Assembly (NCBI GenBank): GCA_002269645.1
Contig: NIVC01002678.1
Span: 62,001-126,000, forward strand
DNA: 64,000 nucleotides
Origin: Macrostomum lignano
Lineage: Eukaryota
Direction of reading: 5' to 3'
Program-made: the position numbers and the translations under genes
In this document: in pieces, positions 46,332 through 59,321 of the stretch
Position numbering within the stretch: the stretch's first letter is position 1
Layout: every line of letters starts with the position of its first letter
Notes under the pieces: model-generated
Database searches by the model: none
What the model saw: only the letters and a program-made list of their open reading frames with translations
What the model was told of the DNA's origin: nothing

Positions 46332-48188
46332 ATGGCCTCAGCACAGTTCTACAGCATTGGGCATTTCGATCCAGACGAAGATCCGCTCAACAATGCAGAT
46401 AAGTGGAACGAGTATGTGCAGGAAGTCGAGCTGTTCATGGAAGTGCAAGGAATAGCCGACGAAAAGAAGCAAGCTACATTCTTGCTTCTAGCAGGGCCGA
46501 AAATCCGAAAGCTGTTGCAAACCGTAAGCTATGAACAAGGCTACGAAGCAACGAAGGAAGCGCTCAGCTCTCTATTCCAAGGTGCAACCAATAGCGTCCA
46601 TGAGACTTACAAGCTGCTGTCAGTTAGCCAGATAGAGGGAGAAACGTTTGATTCCTTCTACAGTCGTCTAAAAAGTGCAGCAAAGTACTGCAACTTGCAC
46701 GTCGAGTACAAGCCTGGAGGAAACGAGAGTACAGTGAAGCTTAGCTTCGAGGATCGCCTGCTACGCGATCTGATAGTCCTAAAGAGTACATCAAAGCCGC
46801 TAAGGACTCTGCTGCTAAAGGAAGGCTCTGACCTCACCTTAAAGAAGGCAGTAGAAATCAGCAAGAATTTCGAAGCAACAAAAACGCAGGCTAAAGACAT
46901 TGAAAAACCAACCAATGAGGCGCGCAACACAGTCAGCAAAATCGACAACAGACCAACTAACAAGCTACAGTTCAAACAGACTGACAAGCGGACATCAACT
47001 CCAAACACCAACAAGTGCGATCGAGTCTGCTACAGATGCAACAGAACAGGTCACCGTCCCTGGGATTGCTTCGCTCGTAACATGGAATGCAAAGTTTGCC
47101 ATAAGAAAGGGCACATCAAGCAAGCATGTAGACTATGTCTAAAGACAGGGAGCAGAATAAAAACCAGAAATATTCAGATATCTGAGCAACCGGAAGAGCA
47201 AAATGGCAACGACGAATCGAATGGTGAAGAGATCAACACTGTCGCTATGACTGAATCGAAGGAATCAGCAGGCGCAAGAGCCAAAGTGAAGATCAATGGT
47301 ATTGAGAGTACAGTGCTCATTGACTCCGGATCTTCAGCAAGTTTGATAAGTATGAAATCGTGGGAGTTAGTGAAGTCAAAGGATACCGTCCTAAACAGAT
47401 CAGAAAAGCCAAGACTATATGCCTATATGTCGAAAAAGGCGCTGGAAGTCTTGGGAACAACAACACTGGTTGTGATGGCTGGAGACTCAGTGAAGCGAAT
47501 CAAATTTATCGTGACGTGCGGTATCAACGCTGAGACAATACTCGGATGTCAAGACAGCATCGATTTGAATTTGCTGCAGATAACGATCAATCAGATTGAG
47601 AAGAAAAACGAAGAAATCGAACGAATTCTGAAAGATCATCAGGAGGTATTTCAGGGAGTTGGTAGATTGACCACGCAGCCAGCAGTGACCATTGCTCTGA
47701 AGGAAGGAAGCACGCCGACATCACAATCGATAACAAGAGTAGCTGCCCATCTCAGAGAAGCACTCCTACAAGAACTGGAAGAGCAGGAAAACTCAGGAAT
47801 CATAGAGAAAGTTGATGGTCCCAGTGCATGGCTTTCGCCGCTAGTTGTCGTCCCAAAAGGAAAGACTGGTAATGTACGACTGACCGTTGACTTTCGAAAC
47901 TTAAACGAGGCAACGGAAAAGCTACAATTTCCTATCCCATCTCTGGATGATCAGCTCACCAATATGGGAGAAGCAAGCTGCTTCAGCTACATTGATGGCA
48001 AGAAAATGTTCCATCAAATTGAACTGGACAGTGAATCTAGACATCTGACAACGTTCTCAACAGGAATCCCTGGACAACCGCTGTACAGGTACAAACGATT
48101 GCCGATGGGTTGGGCCAACTCGTCATTCTATCTTCAAGCCTACATGACAAAAGTTTTGGCTGGTTTACTAGGGCTACTAAAATACTAA
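46332..48188 (+). pseudogene. Gag-protease-RT (N-terminal part) of Gypsy B
   Basis: Two CCHC knuckles (CYRCNRTGHRPWDC, CKVCHKKGHIKQAC), LIDSGSSASLI, VRLTVDFRNLN and RYKRLPMG. The frame stops just before YLDD. Confidence 0.92.
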
Positions 48189-48208
48189 ATATTTAGGATG
48201 ATATAATT

Positions 48209-49024
48209 GTGTATGGAAAGGACGTCATGGAACACAACAACAGGCTAAAGCAGGTCTTAGCAAGGCTCGTGGAGAACGGCATGACCGTTGGAAAGGAAAA
48301 ATGCAAATTTGGAATGAGTAAAGCTACTTTTATGGGATTTATTCTAACCGAGAAGGGAATAACCATCCACGAGAAGAAAACGGAAGCTATTCAAATGTTC
48401 AAACCACCGTGCAATCCAAGTGAAGTTAAATCGTTTCTTGGTCTAGCACAATTTGTTGCTCGATTCGTACCAAACCTAGCAACCTTGTCGAAGCCTCTGA
48501 ATGACCTCACAAAGAAAGGAAAAACTTGGGAATGGGGTCCAGAACAAGAAAATTCTTTCAACAGCATCAAAGCAGCGATCAGCTCAACGGAAACGCTCGC
48601 GTACTTTGTAACAGGGCGAGAAACTCAGCTGCGAGTAGACGCTAGTCCTGTCGGTCTTGGTGCGATCTTGGTTCAGAGGCAGAAAGGTGGAAATCTACAG
48701 CCAGTTTGCTATGCCAGTAGAACTCTCACAGACGTGGAGACTCGATACAGTCAAATCGAGCGAGAAGCATTTGCAATTAAATGGGGATGCGAGAAAATTT
48801 CTCACTTTCTCAAAGGAGCAGCCGAATTTACGGTAATAACGGATCATAAACCTCTACTCGGATGTTTTGCATCGAACTCAAAACCACCACCAAGAATTGA
48901 GCGTTGGGCAATGAGATTGCAGCCATTCAACTTTAAGATAAAATATGAACCAGGCGACACCAACGAGGCAGATATTTTGTCGAGACAACCGGTGAAAACA
49001 CCAAACGACACACTCTGCAATTGA
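48209..49024 (+). pseudogene. RT C-terminus and RNase H of Gypsy B
   Basis: KCKF...FMGF, VKSFLGLAQF, VDASPVGLGAIL, YSQIERE and TDHKPL. Confidence 0.92.
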
Positions 49025-49244
49025 TGCAACATCGCATTCGTTAACAGCAAACTTGAAAGCGCAGTAAGCACAGCTCTGAGCTTAAGAGCAGATCCGAAAA
49101 GATTCTGCGATTGATGATGAAATTGTCGAGGCACTGGAATCAATAGTATCAGGAGGAACATGGAAAAAGCACAACAAACTATTTGCAGAAAGAAATAAAC
49201 TATCGGAGCAGAATGGAATTCTCCTGTACTAAGACCGCATTGTC

Positions 49245-50387
49245 TTGCCGAAGAGTCTGCGACAAAAAGCTCTGTTAATTGCCCATGAAGGACATCAAGG
49301 CATTTCCAAAGCCAAAGAACGACTGCGAAGTACCGTATTTTGGCCTGGTATAAGCAAAGACGTGGAGATCTTTTGCAAGAAATGCAATGTGTGCATCCAC
49401 ACAACGAAAAAAGGAAGTCGGATCCCAATTGTGCCAACGGAAATTCCGGATAAGCCGTGGGACAAAGTGGCAATGGACTTCAAAGGACCACTTCCGAATG
49501 GTAGCAACCTGCTAGTTTTCATCTACTACCACTCGAGATTTCCTCTAGTGTTCATCATGAAGCGCACAGAAGCGAGCGACGTAGTGCGAATTCTAAAGAA
49601 AGTGATTTCACTATTTGGACCATTGAAAGAACTCGTCTCAGACAACGGAACAAATTTCTGTTCGAAAGTCGTTGACGAATACCTTAACAGTCAAGGCGTC
49701 ATTCACTCTCGGATAATTCCGCGTCACCCAGCAGCAAATGGGGAGGTGGAAAGATTCAATGAAACATTGAACAAAGTCATCAGAAGATCCAGAATTTTGA
49801 ATGGATCAAGTTTTGAAGAGGAATTTCAAATCTTTTTGCACGCCTATAGAACAACACCGATGAGAGCAACAGGCGTAGCGCCAGCAAACCTTTTCTTTCG
49901 GTGGAGCGCGCGGACAAAACTTCCTCAAATGAACGACGAGACAATAGATCCTTTGATTAAGCAGAAAGATAAAGACGCCGACTACAAAAGAAAAATGTCC
50001 AACTACGCTAATCGGAACGCTCGTGACTGCGACATCAAAACAGGTGACACAGTAGTGATTGAAAGGGAAGCAAGGAACAAGTACGATAGTATTTTTGGTA
50101 CAGAGCAATACTACGTAAGGAAGCGAGTCGGAGGACTGTTGATCCTGGAGAACAAAAGTGGCACAATCAAGAAGCGCCACGTTAATAAGGCCAGAAAGAT
50201 ATTCCCAGACTCAGAATCGGACGAGGATCTGGTAACGTTTTCTGGTGGAGGAGGAATGAGCGACAGTCAGCGAGAAAAGAGGGACGCATCCGAAATACCA
50301 CAGTGTGATCCAAGAACAATGCGCAGAAGTGGACTCCGACCACAGACTGTACTGAGGAGGCCAATTCGTTTCCCTACAATGAACTGA
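49245..50387 (+). pseudogene. Integrase of Gypsy B
   Basis: AHEGHQGI...FWPG...CNVC, MDFKGP, LVSDNG and NGEVERFN; preceded by a frameshifted linker. Confidence 0.92.
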
Positions 50388-51276
50388 TTTTACTAAAGGT
50401 GGAGGGATGTGGAATCCCCAGACTGATTGTTCATTTCATTTATCTATGCTTGTACCATAGAGTATTCTATTCTTTATATTACACGCGACCGCCAAGAGAA
50501 ACTTTATATTGCTTGGCCACACGAACACCACAATGATATTTCATGACATGCTATTTCATGACACGCCGATTCTTATGAAAAGCTAGCAGCATCTCCAGCC
50601 CACACCAGTCGCAGCTTCTGGCAGCAACCGGCCTGCAGCCAAGATGGCTGCCCATCAATCTGACCAACATCCCCAGCCCGTTGCCTCGCATTGCTGAGAT
50701 AACAATTGAGCACATAAGGCCCGAATTTCTTGCATAACTTCATACAGCAAGCAGTCAGTTTTGCTGACTTGGGCTTTGCACCAATGGAGAAAATTCACTT
50801 CAGAAATTTAGTGCAAATATTAAAAATTAAATTAAAATTTTTATTGAATAAAAAATAATAAAATTCATTCACATTCTTTCAGTTAAAGTTTAAAAAATTT
50901 TAGTTGATAAAGTTTCAAAAAAAGCAAAAACATTTTTTTTGAATTTCAGTTTAAACAATATCGATTTACTAATTGCAATTCATTTCAAACTAAAAACTTA
51001 AAATGACATGTTCGGTCTGTTGTTCGATCTCTCAATAAAACTTCATGCCGCTGTATCGAAATAAAAATTATCTCGAATTCCAGCCGCAGCAACCAGGAAT
51101 TCGAAAAACTCGAAAATTCCTCGCTCTGCAGTGGCTCTATAAATATGGCTCGCCATCTCGGCAAGTTTTGCGACTCTTCGACAGCTAAGCGAGGCGGAGG
51201 AATCTCATCAGAAGACCAACTCAGCATTCAGGTCTGGTGAGTCATTTTCTCAGACCTGTGCCGTGAAGTGTCAGTC

Positions 51277-54200
51277 CTCACTGAGCCTCTCTTCATCTGC
51301 TCTCGTGTCTGCCCTCACTGAGCCGCTCTTCATCTGCTCTCGTGTCTGCCCTCACTGAGCCGCTCTTCCTCTGCTCTCGTGTCTGCCTTTCTTAGCCGCT
51401 CTTCATCTGCTCTCGTGTCTGCCCTCACTGAGCCGCTCTTCATCTGCTCTCGTGTCTGCCTTTCTTAGCCGCTCTTCATCTGCTCTCGTGTCTGCCTTTC
51501 TTAGCCGCTCTTCATCTGCTCTCGTGTCTGCCTTTCTTCGCCGCTCTTCATCTGCTCTCGTGTCTGCCTTTCTTAGCCGCTCTTCATCTGCTCTCGTGTC
51601 TGCCTTCACTGAGCCGCTCTTCATCTGCTCTCGTGTCTGCCCTCACTGAGCCGCTCTTCATCTGCTCTCGTGTCTGCCCTCACTGAGCCGCTCTTCATCT
51701 GCTCTCGTGTCTGCCCTCACTGAGCCGCTCTTCCTCTGCTCTCGTGTCTGCCTTTCTTAGCCGCTCTTCATCTGCTCTCGTGTCTGCCCTCACTGAGCCT
51801 CTCTTCATCTGCTCTCGTGTCTGCCTTTCTTAGCCGCTCTTCATCTGCTCTCGTGTCTGCCCTCACTGAGCCTCTCTTCATCTGCTCTCGTGTCTGCCTT
51901 TCTTAGCCTCTCTTCATCTGCTCTCGTGTCTGCCTTTCTTAGCCGCTCTTCATCTGCTCTCGTGTCTGCCTTTCTTAGCCGCTCTTCATCTGCTCTCGTG
52001 TCTGCCCTCACTGAGCCGCTCTTCATCTGCTCTCGTGTCTGCCTTTCTTAGCCGCTCTTCATCTGCTCTCGTGTCTGCCCTCACTGAGCCGCTCTTCATC
52101 TGCTCTCGTGTCTGCCCTCACTGAGCCGCTCTTCATCTGCTCTCGTGTCTGCCTTTCTTAGCCGCTCTTCATCTGCTCTCGTGTCTGCCTTTCTTAGCCG
52201 CTCTTCATCTGCTCTCGTGTCTGCCTTTCTTAGCCGCTCTTCATCTGCTCTCGTGTCTGCCTTTCTTAGCCGCTCTTCATCTGCTCTCGTGTCTGCCTTC
52301 ACTGAGCCGCTCTTCATCTGCTCTCGTGTCTGCCCTCACTGAGCCGCTCTTCATCTGCTCTCGTGTCTGCCCTCACTGAGCCGCTCTTCATCTGCTCTCG
52401 TGTCTGCCCTCACTGAGCCGCTCTTCATCTGCTCTCGTGTCTGCCCTCACTGAGCCGCTCTTCATCTGCTCTCGTATCTGCCTTTCTGTTCTCAGGCTGT
52501 GCCGTGAAGTATCATTCCTCACTGAGCCGCTCTTCATCTGCTCTCGTGTCTGCCCTCACTGAGCCGCTCTTCATCTGCTCTCGTGTCTGCCCTCACTGAG
52601 CCGCTCTTCATCTGCTCTCGTGTCTGCCCTCACTGAGCCGCTCTTCATCTGCTCTCGTGTCTGCCTTTCTTAGCCGCTCTTCATCTGCTCTCGTGTCTGC
52701 CCTCACTGAGCCGCTCTTCATCTGCTCTCGTGTCTGCCCTCACTGAGCCGCTCTTCATCTGCTCTCATGTCTGCCTTTCTTAGCCGCTCTTCATCTGCTC
52801 TCGTGTCTGCCCTCACTGAGCCTCTCTTCATCTGCTCTCGTGTCTGCCTTTCTTAGCCGCTCTTCATCTGCTCTCGTGTCTGCCCTCACTGAGCCGCTCT
52901 TCATCTGCTCTCGTGTCTGCCCTCACTGAGCCGCTCTTCATCTGCTCTCGTGTCTGCCTTTCTTAGCCGCTCTTCCTCTGCTCTCGTGTCTGCCTTTCTT
53001 AGCCGCTCTTCATCTGCTCTCGTGTCTGCCCTCACTGAGCCTCTCTTCATCTGCTCTCGTGTCTGCCTTTCTTAGCCGCTCTTCATCTGCTCTCGTGTCT
53101 GCCCTCACTGAGCCGCTCTTCATCTGCTCTCGTGTCTGCCCTCACTGAGCCGCTCTTCATCTGCTCTCGTGTCTGCCTTTCTTAGCCGCTCTTCCTCTGC
53201 TCTCGTGTCTGCCTTTCTTAGCCGCTCTTCATCTGCTCTCGTGTCTGCCCTCACTGAGCCTCTCTTCATCTGCTCTCGTGTCTGCCTTTCTTAGCCGCTC
53301 TTCATCTGCTCTCGTGTCTGCCCTCACTGAGCCTCTCTTCATCTGCTCTCGTGTCTGCCTTTCTTAGCCTCTCTTCATCTGCTCTCGTGTCTGCCTTTCT
53401 TAGCCGCTCTTCATCTGCTCTCGTGTCTGCCTTTCTTAGCCGCTCTTCATCTGCTCTCGTGTCTGCCCTCACTGAGCCGCTCTTCATCTGCTCTCGTGTC
53501 TGCCTTTCTTAGCCGCTCTTCATCTGCTCTCGTGTCTGCCCTCACTGAGCCGCTCTTCATCTGCTCTCGTGTCTGCCTTTCTTAGCCGCTCTTCATCTGC
53601 TCTCGTGTCTGCCTTTCTTAGCCGCTCTTCATCTGCTCTCGTGTCTGCCTTTCTTAACCGCTCTTCATCTGCTCTCGTGTCTGCCCTCACTGAGCCGCTC
53701 TTCCTCTGCTCTCGTGTCTGCCTTTCTTAGCCGCTCTTCATCTGCTCTCGTGTCTGCCCTCACTGAGCCGCTCTTCATCTGCTCTCGTGTCTGCCTTTCT
53801 TAGCCGCTCTTCATCTGCTCTCGTGTCTGCCCTCACTGAGCCGCTCTTCATCTGCTCTCGTATCTGCCTTTCTGTTCTCAGGCTGTGCCGTGAAGTATCA
53901 TTCCTCACTGAGCCGCTCTTCATCTGCTCTCGTGTCTGCCCTCACTAAGCCGCTCTTCATCTGCTCTCGTGTCTGCCCTCACTGAGCCGCTCTTCCTCTG
54001 CTCTCGCGTCTGCCCTCACTAAGCCGCTCTTCATCTGCTCTCGTGTCTGCCCTCACTGAGCCGCTCTTCATCTGCTCTCGTGTCTGCCCTCACTGAGCCG
54101 CTCTTCATCTGCTCTCGTATCTGCCTTTCTGTTCTCAGGCTGTGCCGTGAAGTATCATTCCTCACTGAGCCGCTCTTCCTCTGCTCTCGTGTCTGCCCTC

Positions 54201-57200
54201 ACTAAGCCGCTCTTCATCTGCTCTCGTGTCTGCCCTCACTGAGCCGCTCTTCATCTGCTCTCGTATCTGCCTTTCTGTTCTCAGGCTGTGCCGTGAAGTA
54301 TCAGTCCTCACTGAGCCGCTCTTCCTCTGCTCTCGTGTCTGCCCTCACTGAGCCGCTCTTCCTCTGCTCTCGTGTCTGCCCTCACTGAGCCGCTCTTCCT
54401 CTGCTCTCGTGTCTGCCTTTCTTAGCCGCTCTTCATCTGCTCTCGTGTCTGCCCTCACTGAGCCGCTCTTCATCTGCTCTCGTGTCTGCCCTCACTGAGC
54501 CGCTCTTCATCTGCTCTCGTGTCTGCCTTTCTTAGCCGCTCTTCATCTGCTCTCGTGTCTGCCTTTCTTAGCCGCTCTTCATCTGCTCTCGTGTCTGCCT
54601 TTCTTAGCCGCTCTTCATCTGCTCTCGTGTCTGCCCTCACTGAGCCGCTCTTCATCTGCTCTCGTGTCTGCCCTCACTGAGCCGCTCTTCATCTGCTCTC
54701 GTGTCTGCCTTTCTTAGCCGCTCTTCCTCTGCTCTCGTGTCTGCCTTTCTTAGCCGCTCTTCATCTGCTCTCGTGTCTGCCCTCACTGAGCCTCTCTTCA
54801 TCTGCTCTCGTGTCTGCCTTTCTTAGCCGCTCTTCATCTGCTCTCGTGTCTGCCCTCACTGAGCCTCTCTTCATCTGCTCTCGTGTCTGCCTTTCTTAGC
54901 CTCTCTTCATCTGCTCTCGTGTCTGCCCTCACTGAGCCGCTCTTCATCTGCTCTCGTGTCTGCCCTCACTGAGCCGCTCTTCATCTGCTCTCGTGTCTGC
55001 CCTCACTGAGCCGCTCTTCATCTGCTCTCGTGTCTGCCCTCACTGAGCCGCTCTTCATCTGCTCTCGTGTCTGCCCTCACTGAGCCGCTCTTCATCTGCT
55101 CTCGTGTCTGCCTTTCTTAGCCGCTCTTCCTCTGCTCTCGTGTCTGCCTTTCTTAGCCGCTCTTCATCTGCTCTCGTGTCTGCCCTCACTGAGCCTCTCT
55201 TCATCTGCTCTCGTGTCTGCCTTTCTTAGCCGCTCTTCATCTGCTCTCGTGTCTGCCCTCACTGAGCCGCTCTTCATCTGCTCTCGTGTCTGCCCTCACT
55301 GAGCCGCTCTTCATCTGCTCTCGTGTCTGCCTTTCTTAGCCGCTCTTCCTCTGCTCTCGTGTCTGCCTTTCTTAGCCGCTCTTCATCTGCTCTCGTGTCT
55401 GCCCTCACTGAGCCTCTCTTCATCTGCTCTCGTGTCTGCCTTTCTTAGCCGCTCTTCATCTGCTCTCGTGTCTGCCCTCACTGAGCCTCTCTTCATCTGC
55501 TCTCGTGTCTGCCTTTCTTAGCCTCTCTTCATCTGCTCTCGTGTCTGCCTTTCTTAGCCGCTCTTCATCTGCTCTCGTGTCTGCCTTTCTTAGCCGCTCT
55601 TCATCTGCTCTCGTGTCTGCCCTCACTGAGCCGCTCTTCATCTGCTCTCGTGTCTGCCTTTCTTAGCCGCTCTTCATCTGCTCTCGTGTCTGCCCTCACT
55701 GAGCCGCTCTTCATCTGCTCTCGTGTCTGCCTTTCTTAGCCGCTCTTCATCTGCTCTCGTGTCTGCCTTTCTTAGCCGCTCTTCATCTGCTCTCGTGTCT
55801 GCCTTTCTTAACCGCTCTTCATCTGCTCTCGTGTCTGCCCTCACTGAGCCGCTCTTCCTCTGCTCTCGTGTCTGCCTTTCTTAGCCGCTCTTCATCTGCT
55901 CTCGTGTCTGCCCTCACTGAGCCGCTCTTCATCTGCTCTCGTGTCTGCCTTTCTTAGCCGCTCTTCATCTGCTCTCGTGTCTGCCCTCACTGAGCCGCTC
56001 TTCATCTGCTCTCGTATCTGCCTTTCTGTTCTCAGGCTGTGCCGTGAAGTATCATTCCTCACTGAGCCGCTCTTCATCTGCTCTCGTGTCTGCCCTCACT
56101 AAGCCGCTCTTCATCTGCTCTCGTGTCTGCCCTCACTGAGCCGCTCTTCCTCTGCTCTCGCGTCTGCCCTCACTAAGCCGCTCTTCATCTGCTCTCGTGT
56201 CTGCCCTCACTGAGCCGCTCTTCATCTGCTCTCGTGTCTGCCCTCACTGAGCCGCTCTTCATCTGCTCTCGTATCTGCCTTTCTGTTCTCAGGCTGTGCC
56301 GTGAAGTATCATTCCTCACTGAGCCGCTCTTCCTCTGCTCTCGTGTCTGCCCTCACTAAGCCGCTCTTCATCTGCTCTCGTGTCTGCCCTCACTGAGCCG
56401 CTCTTCATCTGCTCTCGTATCTGCCTTTCTGTTCTCAGGCTGTGCCGTGAAGTATCAGTCCTCACTGAGCCGCTCTTCCTCTGCTCTCGTGTCTGCCCTC
56501 ACTGAGCCGCTCTTCCTCTGCTCTCGTGTCTGCCCTCACTGAGCCGCTCTTCCTCTGCTCTCGTGTCTGCCTTTCTTAGCCGCTCTTCATCTGCTCTCGT
56601 GTCTGCCCTCACTGAGCCGCTCTTCATCTGCTCTCGTGTCTGCCCTCACTGAGCCGCTCTTCATCTGCTCTCGTGTCTGCCTTTCTTAGCCGCTCTTCAT
56701 CTGCTCTCGTGTCTGCCTTTCTTAGCCGCTCTTCATCTGCTCTCGTGTCTGCCTTTCTTAGCCGCTCTTCATCTGCTCTCGTGTCTGCCCTCACTGAGCC
56801 GCTCTTCATCTGCTCTCGTGTCTGCCCTCACTGAGCCGCTCTTCATCTGCTCTCGTGTCTGCCTTTCTTAGCCGCTCTTCCTCTGCTCTCGTGTCTGCCT
56901 TTCTTAGCCGCTCTTCATCTGCTCTCGTGTCTGCCCTCACTGAGCCTCTCTTCATCTGCTCTCGTGTCTGCCTTTCTTAGCCGCTCTTCATCTGCTCTCG
57001 TGTCTGCCCTCACTGAGCCTCTCTTCATCTGCTCTCGTGTCTGCCTTTCTTAGCCTCTCTTCATCTGCTCTCGTGTCTGCCCTCACTGAGCCGCTCTTCA
57101 TCTGCTCTCGTGTCTGCCCTCACTGAGCCGCTCTTCATCTGCTCTCGTGTCTGCCCTCACTGAGCCGCTCTTCATCTGCTCTCGTGTCTGCCCTCACTGA

Positions 57201-57297
57201 GCCGCTCTTCATCTGCTCTCGTGTCTGCCCTCACTGAGCCGCTCTTCATCTGCTCTCGTGTCTGCCCTCACTGAGCCGCTCTTCATCTGCTCTCGTG
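51277..57297. repeat. Satellite of alternating 36/37-bp monomers (about 6 kb) with a 2154-bp higher-order duplication
   Basis: Core AGCCGCTCTTCATCTGCTCTCGTGTCTGCC is preceded by either TTTCTT or CTCACTG. Rare long variants at about 53860, 54118 and 54264 recur at +2154. Confidence 0.95.
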
Positions 57298-57471
57298 CCT
57301 TTGTTGATGCGTCCATAGACATGGCTGGAAATGCGGACTCTTCTTTGTCGGAACTTTCAATTTCCTCGCAACCGTCTTCAATTGTCAGCCACGTCGTATT
57401 TTTGCTTAATGCCCTCTGACAGATTTCTTTTACAGGAGGGAGAATAGTGAGTTCTAAGAGAGAATAGTTTG

Positions 57472-58536
57472 CTACACCCCGAAAGCAAAGATGAAGAGAC
57501 CAGCTGCAGTACCAACGCTTGAGCATGCAGCGTAAAGTTGGCCATGTGAGAAGCAGGGTGACTCCAAGTTGATTCTGGCCAGCGAATTTTTCTTAAGCGA
57601 CTGTCCCTGGGCTTCATGGTCTGGGCAAACCTTCGGATGGGATGACAGTAAGGATAGAAAATAAAAAAGAAAGAAGGGCGGGCAGAGAAGGCGGAGAGAA
57701 GAGATAAGGAGAGCAGAGGGAAAAGGGAAGTGAGAGGTGAGATGGGGAGAGAAAGGAACAGAAAAGAGAAAGGAGGGGAGAGAAGAGGGAGAAAGGAGAG
57801 CGGGAGGAGAGATGGGGAGAGAGGGGAGAAAGGAGAGAATAGAGAGAAGCAAAAAGGCGAGAAAGAAAAGATAGAAAAATTAGTGAGGAATAATATAGAC
57901 GGAAAGGGGAGAGAAATAAACAAAGGAGAGAAGAGGGAAAAGAGAGTACAGAGAAAGTGGTAGAGGTGGAGAGAGAGGAGAGAAGAGAGAGAAAGAGAGG
58001 AGATATGGGGAAAGATTGGAGAAAAAATAGAAAAAAGAGAAAGAGAGGAGATATGGGGAAAGATTGGAGAAAGAAGAGAAAAGAGAGGAGAAAAGATAGG
58101 AGACAAAAAAAGATAAATAAGTGAGAGATGGTACAAAAGAAGAGGGGAGGGTGGAGAGAAAGGAGAGGAGAGAAAAGGGGAAAGAAGAGAAAGGAAAAAG
58201 GGATGAGAGTTGAGATGGGGAGAGAGGGGAGAGAGGGGAGAAAAGTTAGGATAGGAGAAATTGGAGTGGGAAGAGAATTAGGGGAGAGAGGAGGGGGAGA
58301 GGGGAGAAACCGGGAGGGAGAAGCGTGGAGAGAGGAGAGATGAGAGACAGAGGGCTGAAAAAAGACACCAACTTGAGCGGGCCGGAGTTTGCCGACCCCT
58401 GCTCCAGAGTCAAGAACTCGATCGGAACCTGTTGGTGCCACTTGCTGGTGTCAATGATCTTGTCTGTGGCTTGTTTTCCTTCTGCCGCACTTGCACTGTG
58501 CAGAGCTATCTGTGTTGCCTGCTTCCTCTCTGCCAT
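57472..58536 (-). pseudogene. Decayed Helitron PIF1 helicase C-terminal remnant, interrupted by a GA-rich insert
   Basis: QQVPIEFL (compare YPxEFLNSL) near 58410-58440, and AQGQSLK...INLESPCFSHGQLYAACSSVG (helicase motifs V/VI) at about 57500-57614. Confidence 0.7.
57615..58401. mobile_element. Possible hAT-type MITE with GA-rich interior
   Basis: The right end reverse-complements to CAGGGGTCGGCAAACTCCGGCCCGC (hAT MITE-like TIR). The left end CATGGTCTGGGCAAAC is only a partial match, and no 8-bp TSD was found. Confidence 0.3.
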
Positions 58537-59321
58537 GTGATGTTACTGCGCCAGCATAATATGCTTATCTTTTGAGGCATTTAAATTTTAAGACGCCTTT
58601 AAGTACAACTAATATGAGTATTACTAGCTCGTATTTCCATTTTGAGTGATTAAATTAGTAGGATTGTACCGTATCCCTTCTCATTATTTTTAACATTTTG
58701 CAGTGTCTAAGCTGCCCTTTATCTGATGTCGTGTCTGCCTTTCCCTTCTCAGACTGTGCCGTATGGAATTCAGCTGTATTCAAATCGTAGACTATTAATT
58801 ATGGATCTAAACGATTATTTGTTGAATATAGATTTTTATATTTGAATCATTCAATAGATTCGCAGAAAATAATTTGTTTTTTTGTGACGTGTTAATTGCA
58901 TAAATTTAGCACATTTAAATCATTTCTTATTCTTTATTTCGAATGAGGTCAGTTTTGTGTTGACGCGAGCGAAAGTTGAGGGCATTGCTCACCTTGCGAT
59001 TGACTGAACACAGACATCTGCACAATTTCTCCCACTCCTCATCCCTCTCCTGCCCCTCCCTCTCCTTCCCATCCCTCTCTCCCATACATTTACTTCTCAT
59101 TCCACTTCTTCCATCGTCTCCTTCTTTTAAAGCACCTCACGTAATCACCCACCCACCTGTTTGAATGATTTTTGCACCTAAAATATTAGTATATTTGTGT
59201 GGACATTGCACACTTTCATATTTTCTATCAAAACCCCTCCAGAACCGACTCGAACTGATTCAAGAAGCGTCAAAACCAATCGAATTTTACTCCCGTCTGA
59301 AGCAACTTGCTAGCTTCGAAA

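Larger units (their letters stand above)
46146..50532 (+). mobile_element. Ty3/Gypsy LTR retrotransposon B, defective
   Basis: 125-bp TG...CA LTRs at 46146-46270 and 50408-50532 with 2 mismatches. PBS TGGTGGCAGCGGTG at 46272-46285 (tRNA-Leu type). PPT AAAGGTGGAGGGA at 50395-50407. Flanks ATGCT/ATGAT. Confidence 0.95.

Noticed and set aside
51403-56809. ORFs encoding RKADTRADEERL repeats
   Set aside because: They arise from runs of the 36-bp monomer, and the 37-bp variant constantly breaks the frame.
51277-57297. CRISPR-like array (36/37-bp repeats)
   Set aside because: There are no unique spacers (only two 6-7-bp linkers), no cas genes, and the context is eukaryotic.
59307-59321. TTG start of the 1455-aa ORF, and other GTG/TTG starts in the ORF track
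   Set aside because: The sequence is eukaryotic, and the ATG at 59322 directly starts a signal peptide.
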